Shown piece after piece: positions 57,162 to 64,000 of a stretch of DNA of 64,000 nucleotides. The notes under the pieces are model-generated. The model was not told where the DNA came from. It searched no databases and was given only the letters and a program-made list of their open reading frames with translations. The DNA is from Candidatus Woesebacteria bacterium GW2011_GWC1_42_9 (GTDB taxonomy: Bacteria; Patescibacteriota; Microgenomatia; UBA8517), in assembly GCA_000995185.1 (NCBI GenBank), contig LCET01000002.1, positions 220 through 64,219 on the forward strand, in the 5' to 3' direction. Every line of letters begins with the position of its first letter. Within the stretch, counting starts at the first letter, position 1. Made by a program: the position numbers and the translations under genes.

Positions 57162-58775
57162 ATGAAAGCCGTCATATTCTGCCGAGTCAGCTCAAAAGAA
57201 CAGGAAGAAACAGGCTACTCCCTGCCCGCCCAGGAGAAGTTCCTGCGGGATTATGGCGAGAAACAAGGCTTAGAAGTAGCCAAAGTCTTCGCTATCTCCG
57301 AGTCGGCAGCAGGCACAATCCAAAGAAAGACCTTTAACCAGATGGTCGAATATGTCCGCAAGAAAAAGATTTGCGCCATTATCGTCGAGACGACGGATAG
57401 GTTAACCAGGAACTTCTCCGATATGCCAATTATCGACACTTGGCTGAAGGAAGACGAAGAACACCAAGTCCACCTGGCAAAAGAAACCTGTGTCCTCCAC
57501 AACTCCTCCCGCTCCCACGAATGGTTCATCTGGCGGGTCAAGGTGGCAACGGCAGAATACTATGTCCGTTTACTCTCCGAGAATGTAAAAAAAGGACAAA
57601 AAGAAAAACTGGCTCAGGGCTGGATTCCAACCAAGCCACCGATGGGATATAAGACAGTTGGAGAAACTGGACATAAAATCCACATTGTTGACGAAGGAGT
57701 AGCTCCTTTGATCAGGAAGATGTTTGAGTATTACGCTACAGGTGATTTTTCAATCAAATGGCTGTCCATGACGATGCGTAGAGAAGGCTTGCGCTCCCCG
57801 CAGGGCAATAAGGTAGTCAACAGCCGTCTTCACTCCCTACTGCGTGACCCCTTTTACATTGGTAAAATAAGGTGGAACGGAGAGATACACGAAGGCAAAC
57901 ACGAGCCTTTGATAAGTAAAGAGCTATTTGATAAAGTCCAAGCGATGCTTACCAGAAAAACCACTCCCAAACACAGGAAACATTCCTACCTTTTCCAGGG
58001 ACTGATCAGATGTGCGGGCTGTAACGGCTTAATTACCTGGGAAAAGCAAAGAACCCACCACTACGGGCATTGTAACCACTACCACGACTGCAAACAAACT
58101 ACCTGGGTCAAAGAGCCAGAAGTTGAGGAACAGCTCCTATCTGGCTTTGACAACTTGAAACTTAAAAACCAAAGGATCGTCGAGTGGTTAAAGAAGGCAC
58201 TCAAAGAAAGCCACCAAGACGAGATCGAATACCATAACAGCACTGTCGGTGAGTTACAAACCCGCTACGAGGCAATCCAGAAGCGGATGGACAAGTTATA
58301 CGACGACAAACTGGACGAAAAGATCAACCAGGAATTTTACAGCAGGAAATTCAAACAATACTCGGAAGAAAAAGACGAACTGACCGAAACCATTAAAAGG
58401 CACTCTACCGCCAGCACAGGCTACCTGAACCTCGGTATTAACCTCTACGAACTCTCCCAGAGAGCCAAAGAGATCTACCTCAAAGCCAAAGCAAAGGATA
58501 TGCTGGACGAGCAAAAGAACCTTATTAGGCTGGTATTTGCCAGGTTGATCCTGGATGAGGGCAAACTTAGCTGGGAATACTCAAAAGCCTTCAAAATCCT
58601 CTCGCAGGCAGTAGAAGAAACCAATTGTTCGAAAGTGGAAAAAATAGACGATTTTGAAAACAAAACTTTCGAACATCGCAAAAAGAGCGATGTTACGGGA
58701 CAAAGAGGCGATTTGTTGCCTCTGCGTCCCATCTGGCTCCCCCGGGAGGATTCGAACCTCCAACCTGCCGATTAA
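57162..58775 (+). CDS. Large serine recombinase (integrase)
   Basis: RVSSKEQ catalytic Ser, DRLTRN, PMGY, Y.G, LFQGLIRC..C Zn ribbon, coiled coil; C-terminus WLPREDSNLQPAD is antisense tRNA. Confidence 0.93.
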   Translation: MKAVIFCRVSSKEQEETGYSLPAQEKFLRDYGEKQGLEVAKVFAISESAAGTIQRKTFNQMVEYVRKKKICAIIVETTDRLTRNFSDMPIIDTWLKEDEEHQVHLAKETCVLHNSSRSHEWFIWRVKVATAEYYVRLLSENVKKGQKEKLAQGWIPTKPPMGYKTVGETGHKIHIVDEGVAPLIRKMFEYYATGDFSIKWLSMTMRREGLRSPQGNKVVNSRLHSLLRDPFYIGKIRWNGEIHEGKHEPLISKELFDKVQAMLTRKTTPKHRKHSYLFQGLIRCAGCNGLITWEKQRTHHYGHCNHYHDCKQTTWVKEPEVEEQLLSGFDNLKLKNQRIVEWLKKALKESHQDEIEYHNSTVGELQTRYEAIQKRMDKLYDDKLDEKINQEFYSRKFKQYSEEKDELTETIKRHSTASTGYLNLGINLYELSQRAKEIYLKAKAKDMLDEQKNLIRLVFARLILDEGKLSWEYSKAFKILSQAVEETNCSKVEKIDDFENKTFEHRKKSDVTGQRGDLLPLRPIWLPREDSNLQPAD

Positions 58776-58808
58776 CAGTCGGACGCTCTACCATTGAGCT
58801 ACAGGGGA
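58734..58808 (-). tRNA. tRNA-Asn(GTT)
   Basis: TCCCCTG...AGCTCAATGGTAGAGC...CTGTTAA...GGTTCGAATCC...CGGGGGAGCCA. Confidence 0.96.
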
Positions 58809-58846
58809 ATATTACCAATTTACAATTTAAAATGAACAATTAAAAA

Positions 58847-59209
58847 CTAATTTTTCTTTGCGTTCTTTACTATTGTCGTTAAGATTCGTATCAATTCTTT
58901 GTTCTCTTCAAGTAGACTTTTAAGCCTACCCTTCGGCACCAATCCAACTCCAGCTATTAACTTCAACCAATACTCTGTCTCTCTAGATTCCTTAAGAGCG
59001 ATTGTTAAACCTCTTATAAATTCCTTTTTTGAACTTGAATTCTGTGCCTCTTCAACATTTGCACCGACGCTTGTCCCTGATCTAACAATCTGGCTAGCAA
59101 TTGCCCTGCTAGATATTGATCTGGGTAACTTATCAACTAGTTTTATAATTCTCACGCTGAACAGGAAAGTTCTCGCTCGAATATCGAAAACCTTCTTATC
59201 CACGCTCAA
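58847..59209 (-). CDS. Four-helix-bundle (23S rRNA IVS-type) protein
   Basis: QIVRSGTSVGANVEEAQ, IALKESRETEYWL. Confidence 0.92.
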   Translation of the reverse strand: MSVDKKVFDIRARTFLFSVRIIKLVDKLPRSISSRAIASQIVRSGTSVGANVEEAQNSSSKKEFIRGLTIALKESRETEYWLKLIAGVGLVPKGRLKSLLEENKELIRILTTIVKNAKKN

Positions 59210-59735
59210 ATTGTACCTTGTACTTTGTAAATTGTAAATTCATTACATATTCATGTAATGAAAAACCAATTGGTACAAAAAGAAGCGTGCTGACTAATTG
59301 TGCTCTCAAAAACGGCAGGCCATTAACATAACACTGAACTAATCCCCATAAACTATTCGGGTACATCCCCCAGCTATCCAGGGCCCACACTCCAAAATTA
59401 GTCCAAATAAAGAAAAACAAATTCGCCATAATCCCCAGTCCGCTTCCCAATAAAACTCGCTTTGATCCACTAAATCGAGCTTTCATAAATATTTTTCCTG
59501 CCAATAAGGCAGGGATCAAAAACCCGCTCCATGTAAAAATAAAGATATTCGTGTTCCCAATTACCATATCTGACAAAATCAAAATTAATAAAACTAATTT
59601 CAGACTTTTTTCAGTCCCCAGGTATGAAGCAGACAAAAGCATTGCCAGGGTCACCAGCTCAATATTTGGTCCCAAATCAAAAACTACTCTTTCTAAATAT
59701 GAAGCCAAAAATAAGACCCAAAAAAGAAGATTCAT
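59196..59735 (-). CDS. DUF6580-like membrane protein (possible vitamin-transporter substrate component)
   Basis: PN, SD, FF..TNFGVW...MYP....GL..CY..GLPF. Confidence 0.75.
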   Translation of the reverse strand: MNLLFWVLFLASYLERVVFDLGPNIELVTLAMLLSASYLGTEKSLKLVLLILILSDMVIGNTNIFIFTWSGFLIPALLAGKIFMKARFSGSKRVLLGSGLGIMANLFFFIWTNFGVWALDSWGMYPNSLWGLVQCYVNGLPFLRAQLVSTLLFVPIGFSLHEYVMNLQFTKYKVQFERG

Positions 59736-60166
59736 TAGAATTCTGGCTTAATGTATTTCCACTCTAATTTATCGCCTGATTCTAAAATATACTGATCGGC
59801 GGCAACACTTCCTGCCGCGCCATTAACAAAATAAATCCAAGATTTTTCATCCGAATTTTCCCTGCCGTCTAATCCCTCTATCATCTTCCCAAAATCATAA
59901 TTTTTAACTTTAAGTTCTAAATTGTTTTTAGAAGTGACTAATTCAAGGGCCTCCAAAGCATTTTTCCCGGCTAGCCCTTGGTCCTCAAATGAAACAACTT
60001 CCCCTTCTCCAAAGCTTATCTCGACACTTGCCAGAGTGATCTTTTGTTCACCAAGGACTTGAACTTGGCCATCTTCAGTGGTCGCCCGATTAAGCGTCAA
60101 AAAGAAGACACTCGAAGCCACAATAGAAGCAACCAAAACATAAACGCGAGCCTTCATTGCGTCCAC
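59735..60166 (-). CDS. DUF4430-like membrane-anchored protein
   Basis: YDFG.MI.G.DG....W.YFVNG....VAADQY.L..GD..EW.Y. Confidence 0.8.
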   Translation of the reverse strand: MDAMKARVYVLVASIVASSVFFLTLNRATTEDGQVQVLGEQKITLASVEISFGEGEVVSFEDQGLAGKNALEALELVTSKNNLELKVKNYDFGKMIEGLDGRENSDEKSWIYFVNGAAGSVAADQYILESGDKLEWKYIKPEF

Positions 60167-60206
60167 AATACCATCACTGTGACTACTTTGTCTACTGTGT
60201 GATTAG

Positions 60207-60770
60207 CTATTTTTGACTTCCTTTTACCGCAGCCTCGATCACGTCTTTCGGGAGCGAAGCGGCCGACAAAAGTGCCTTCCTAACTGATGATCCAGCCTCA
60301 CTACCAACAGCATCAGCAGCCTTTATCGCCCCGATGGCGGCTTCTCGTGCCGCGTCAGCGGTACTTACGCCAACTTTTCCGGCGGCATTTACAGCTCCTT
60401 CCACTGCAGAAACGGCTACTGAGCCGACATTGCCCCCAGTTTGGGCGGCACCTGAAACAGCTCCTCCGGCGGCAAAACTAATGGCCTTAAGGACATTTCC
60501 TCCTACCTCAGAAACGCCAGCAATCGCGGCATCCACCGCGGCTTTGGCAACTTCCACTCCGGTCGTGCCAAGATCTCCCGCGCTTACTACTGCGCCTTCC
60601 ACCACGCCTTTAACAGAATCAAGGCTCGCAGTTGCCACATCAGAAACATCTTTCAAAGTCCCTATAATCTGATTTTTTACTGAACCTCTTAGTGTGGAGA
60701 GAACATCATCTGCTCCTTTGACAGTCGAGACGAGCATACCCTTTGTCTCTTCAGCAATTTTTGATAACAA
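60207..60770 (-). CDS. Ala/Gly/Val-rich repetitive hypothetical protein
   Basis: GGGAGGTG SD before TTG; amphipathic AV.GAV..A repeats. Confidence 0.7.
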   Translation of the reverse strand: MLSKIAEETKGMLVSTVKGADDVLSTLRGSVKNQIIGTLKDVSDVATASLDSVKGVVEGAVVSAGDLGTTGVEVAKAAVDAAIAGVSEVGGNVLKAISFAAGGAVSGAAQTGGNVGSVAVSAVEGAVNAAGKVGVSTADAAREAAIGAIKAADAVGSEAGSSVRKALLSAASLPKDVIEAAVKGSQK

Positions 60771-60816
60771 ACTTATCACCTCCCATCCAATTAAATAATA
60801 CAACACCAGAGGTGAA

Positions 60817-61890
60817 TTAGTCTAAATAATCCTGAAGTTTTTTGCGGCGGCTGGGGTGCTGAAGTTTCCTTAGGGCCTTGGCTTCGATCTGGCGGATGCG
60901 CTCCCTGGTCACGCCAAATACTTTGCCAACCTCCTCCAGTGTCCTCTGTTGTCCGCCATCCAGGCCAAATCTTAGGGTCAAAACTTTGGCTTCCCGATCA
61001 CTAAGAGTACCTAGTACTTCCTCCAAATGATCTTTTAAAAGCTGGCGGCTGGCGGCTTCATCCGGCGCCTCTTGTGTCTCATCGGCAATAAAGTCTCCCA
61101 AAGAGCTATCTTCATCTTCCCCCACTTTAGTGTCCAGCGAAGTTACTTCTTGGGAAATCTTAAAGATCTCGCGGACCCGATCGCCATCCAAATCCAGTTC
61201 TTTCCCAATTTCTTCGTGAGTAGGCTCCCTACCCAAGGTTTGCATCAATCGTTGGCTGGTGCGATAAAGCTTGTTAATCGTTTCAACCATATGGACCGGG
61301 ATCCTGATTGTCCTTGCCTGATCGGCAATTGCCCGAGTGATCGCCTGCCTGATCCACCAGGTGGCATAAGTTGAAAATTTAAATCCCCTCCGCCAATCAT
61401 ATTTCTCGACAGCCCGGATAAGCCCTTGATTTCCTTCTTGAATCAGATCCAAAAGTGAAAGACCTCGGCCGATATATTTTTTGGCAATGGATACTACTAA
61501 ACGAAGATTTGATTCCGTCAATTTGTCCTTAGCTCTTCGGCTGCCCTTTTCGTATTTTTTGGCTAATTCAACTTCTTCTTCTGCAATCAACAGCGGATAC
61601 TTTCCAATCTCCCTCAAATATTGTCTAACCGGATCGGTGGACTCTGTCCCGCTTATTTTGGTAAGGGTTTCAATCTCTCGGTCCAAATTAAGCTGTTTTT
61701 CTGCTTCCATGTCATCAGCCGTGACAGACTCAAAAACATCTGTCCCATCGGCTAATAGTTTGGTGTAAAAATCATCGAGTTCCTCCAAATGAAGCTCAGC
61801 ATCAGGATAGACTTCCAAAATATCATCTTGGGTCAAAAATCCCTGGTCTCGGCCTTTTTTAAGTAGACTTACTGCACTTTTCCTTAACAT
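60817..61890 (-). CDS. rpoD: Primary sigma factor (SigA/RpoD)
   Basis: [42 protein letters not shown]. Confidence 0.97.
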   Translation of the reverse strand: MLRKSAVSLLKKGRDQGFLTQDDILEVYPDAELHLEELDDFYTKLLADGTDVFESVTADDMEAEKQLNLDREIETLTKISGTESTDPVRQYLREIGKYPLLIAEEEVELAKKYEKGSRRAKDKLTESNLRLVVSIAKKYIGRGLSLLDLIQEGNQGLIRAVEKYDWRRGFKFSTYATWWIRQAITRAIADQARTIRIPVHMVETINKLYRTSQRLMQTLGREPTHEEIGKELDLDGDRVREIFKISQEVTSLDTKVGEDEDSSLGDFIADETQEAPDEAASRQLLKDHLEEVLGTLSDREAKVLTLRFGLDGGQQRTLEEVGKVFGVTRERIRQIEAKALRKLQHPSRRKKLQDYLD

Positions 61891-61927
61891 AACAAAATCG
61901 GCGACCTACTCGCCTCCTGGCATTATA

Positions 61928-63685
61928 TCAAATTTTCGGATGAATTTCGCTTGCGCGAAGAGATGACAAGTCTTGAGATACTTTAACAAACTCTTCCTTG
62001 GCAGATTTTAAGGCATTTTGATCCGACGATTTCTCAAACCTGGATATCTTCTGAAAAACGTCCGAAAGCCTATTTTTTATCACTAATTCCTTTAAGGTAC
62101 TTAGTGTTCTTTGGACTTCCCGATCAATGTTCCCTTCTCCCACTTCTGCCATAATTAGCCCTTCGTACTTTTCAGATAATTCTCTGGGGAGAGCCTTGGC
62201 AAACTCGCTAGCTGAGAACTTAAGATTAGACTTAAAGTATTCTGTCAAAGATGTTTGTATTTTCTTTAAGACTGGGGTCTCAATAATTCCAATCATCCCC
62301 TTTTTTATAAGCAACTTGGGGTTTGCCTTAAAACATAAGGAAAATAATTCGTCCTCAAGAAGTTCTCTTTTAAATTTTGTTTTTACGACTCCCTCCGGCT
62401 TTGAGGAATGCGGCAAAACTGGAGAACTGCCGATTTGCTCACTCACCGATTCAATCGGGACACCTAGCTTCCCGGCCACAATCTGAGCATAATGCGCCTG
62501 GACTATCTTATCTTCAATTGAAGCTAAAATTGGGACTACCTCACTACTTATTTTCGCCTTTCCCGAGCCAGCCAGAGGATCATGCTTACTAAAAATAAAG
62601 TTAATTAGAAAATCCCAGATAGTTTCACTTTCCCTTACCGCCAAAGAAAAACCGTCCGGATCCGCCCGCGCATAATCATCAGGGTCTTTATATTTCCCAA
62701 GGTCAACCACCCTTACCTCAAGACCCTCCTTTTGAGCTAAAGAAATACTTTTAACTGCCGCATTATTGCCGGCGAAATCACTATCAAGGGCCAAAATTAT
62801 TGTTTTAGTAAATCTAGAAAGAAGCTTAATTTGCTCCATTGTAAAAGCACTTCCTTTGATCGCGACAACATTTTTAATACCCGCCTGCCAGACCGAAATA
62901 AAATCCATCTCCCCTTCAACCACGATAACCATTTGGGACCGCTTGATGGCTTGTTTGGAAAGATTAAGTCCAAACAAAACATTTGATTTATGGTAAACCG
63001 GAGTTTCCGGGGAATTAATATATTTGGCAAGCTTTTCTTTCCCGGGCATGATCCTTCCGGCCAAAGCAATCGTATTCCCTCTCGGGTCGCAAATCGGGAA
63101 AATAACACGGCCCCTAAACCGATCGATATATTTCCCCCGAACGTTGACTACGAGCCCTGATTGCTCTATTAGTCTGGGGTCTTCACCTTTTTTTTGAGAC
63201 AAAAAATTAAATAGAAGATCTGGTTTATCCGGGGCAAATCCTAATCTAAACTCTTTTATGCTTTCTGGAGTAATTTTTCGCTCATCTAAATATTTGCGGG
63301 CACTATTCCCTGATCCATGCTTAACTAATAAATAGTGATAAAGCTCAACAGCCTTTTCATTAATCTCAATAAGTTTATCTTTCTCAGTCCTCCCTTGAGA
63401 ATTAATTTTTTTTAGTATCACTCCAGCCCGCTCGGCCAGAGCGCTTAAAGCCTCTGAAAATTCCATCCCTTCAAATTTTTCCAGGAAAGTAAAGACGTCA
63501 CCGCTCTCCCCGCACCCAAAGCACTTATAAATTTGAAGCTCGGGGCTTACTACAAATGATGGGGTTTTTTCGTTATGGAAGGGGCAATTGGCTTTATAAT
63601 TTTGACCAGCTTTAGTTAATGGGACGTGCTCGTTAATGATGGCAACAATATCAGTTTTGGATTTGACCTCAGCTACTTGGTCCAT
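61928..63685 (-). CDS. dnaG: DNA primase
   Basis: CPFH..KTPSF..CFGC Zn finger, KYINSPET, VEG, DSD, KDPD. Confidence 0.97.
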   Translation of the reverse strand: MDQVAEVKSKTDIVAIINEHVPLTKAGQNYKANCPFHNEKTPSFVVSPELQIYKCFGCGESGDVFTFLEKFEGMEFSEALSALAERAGVILKKINSQGRTEKDKLIEINEKAVELYHYLLVKHGSGNSARKYLDERKITPESIKEFRLGFAPDKPDLLFNFLSQKKGEDPRLIEQSGLVVNVRGKYIDRFRGRVIFPICDPRGNTIALAGRIMPGKEKLAKYINSPETPVYHKSNVLFGLNLSKQAIKRSQMVIVVEGEMDFISVWQAGIKNVVAIKGSAFTMEQIKLLSRFTKTIILALDSDFAGNNAAVKSISLAQKEGLEVRVVDLGKYKDPDDYARADPDGFSLAVRESETIWDFLINFIFSKHDPLAGSGKAKISSEVVPILASIEDKIVQAHYAQIVAGKLGVPIESVSEQIGSSPVLPHSSKPEGVVKTKFKRELLEDELFSLCFKANPKLLIKKGMIGIIETPVLKKIQTSLTEYFKSNLKFSASEFAKALPRELSEKYEGLIMAEVGEGNIDREVQRTLSTLKELVIKNRLSDVFQKISRFEKSSDQNALKSAKEEFVKVSQDLSSLRASEIHPKI

Positions 63686-63722
63686 TTGTCCACAAGTTTA
63701 CACTAGAGTGGCAATTTCCCTG

Positions 63723-63806
63723 CGGAGGAGACAGGATTCGAACCTGCGCGGGCGTTAACCCACACGCTTTCCAAGCGTGCGCCTTAAGCCACTCGGCCAC
63801 TCCTCC
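63723..63806 (-). tRNA. tRNA-Ser(GGA), CCA not encoded
   Basis: GGAGGAG...CCGAGTGG...TTGGAAA, long variable arm, GGTTCGAATCC. Confidence 0.95.
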
Positions 63807-63808
63807 AC

Positions 63809-64000
63809 TTAGATTTCTAGCTCCGCGTCTTCCGGCTTTTCCGCTTTGGGAAGCTCGACAGTTTTAACAAGTTTATTGGCGGCGCGAAGCATTTGTTGGT
63901 CGCGCTTATTGGTTAGTTTTCTTGCCGCCTCAGCATATTCAAGCCAAACTGCGTCTTCAAAACCCAATACTTCTCTCCCATTTTTAAAAAGTATCAAATA
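63809..64000 (-). CDS. Hypothetical protein, 3' part (truncated by window edge)
   Basis: Open frame runs off the window end. Confidence 0.5.
   Translation of the reverse strand, partial: YLILFKNGREVLGFEDAVWLEYAEAARKLTNKRDQQMLRAANKLVKTVELPKAEKPEDAELEI

Larger units (their letters stand above)
36372..58739. mobile_element. Composite genomic island at tRNA-Asn (outer ~36.4-39.4 kb segment plus inner 39371-58739 element)
   Basis: Serine recombinase abutting the tRNA 3' end; defence cargo; phage-like rep module; start-less recombinase-tail-like frames at 36372 and 39371. Confidence 0.75.

Noticed and set aside
36372-58808. Long direct repeat of the tRNA 3' end at the island's far boundary
   Set aside because: None found by eye; only 4-6 bp cores (GCTC, ATCTGG), consistent with a serine recombinase but not proof of the boundary
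58847-59209. Avd-like protein suggesting a diversity-generating retroelement
   Set aside because: No reverse transcriptase or TR/VR repeat pair in the window
1397-63108. Numerous 60-185 aa ORFs antisense to or nested within recognisable genes
   Set aside because: No motifs or SD support; shadows of the real coding strand

Overview
A 64 kb bacterial chromosome segment. Gene style (leaderless-looking starts, archaeal-type TIM, short PGK, four-helix-bundle and DUF5659 genes) suggests a Patescibacteria/CPR organism, probably Microgenomates; this is inference. Bases 1-17.6 kb are core genes: two class A PBPs, a beta-lactamase-like hydrolase, a glycolysis/pentose-phosphate operon and ung. Bases 17.7-36.4 kb are a variable region with secreted proteins, small peptides, a MacAB-type exporter, galU, an ABC exporter, a DEAD-box helicase, topoisomerase IB and several deletion pseudogenes. 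Bases ~36.4-58.8 kb are a composite island integrated at the 3' end of tRNA-Asn(GTT). It carries a CBASS-like pair (TM-Rossmannoid effector plus CD-NTase with AGS-C domain) divergent from a LexA-type repressor, a type III-like R-M locus with an embedded gene, HEPN/HNH/zincin candidates, two structured non-coding RNA candidates, mltG, and a satellite-like rep/TerS/serine-recombinase module. The recombinase reads into the antisense tRNA, and a start-less in-frame alternative C-terminus sits at the far junction (39371-39476). Bases 58.8-64 kb return to core genes: dnaG-rpoD and tRNA-Ser(GGA). All calls come from reading motifs by eye; no database searches were run.
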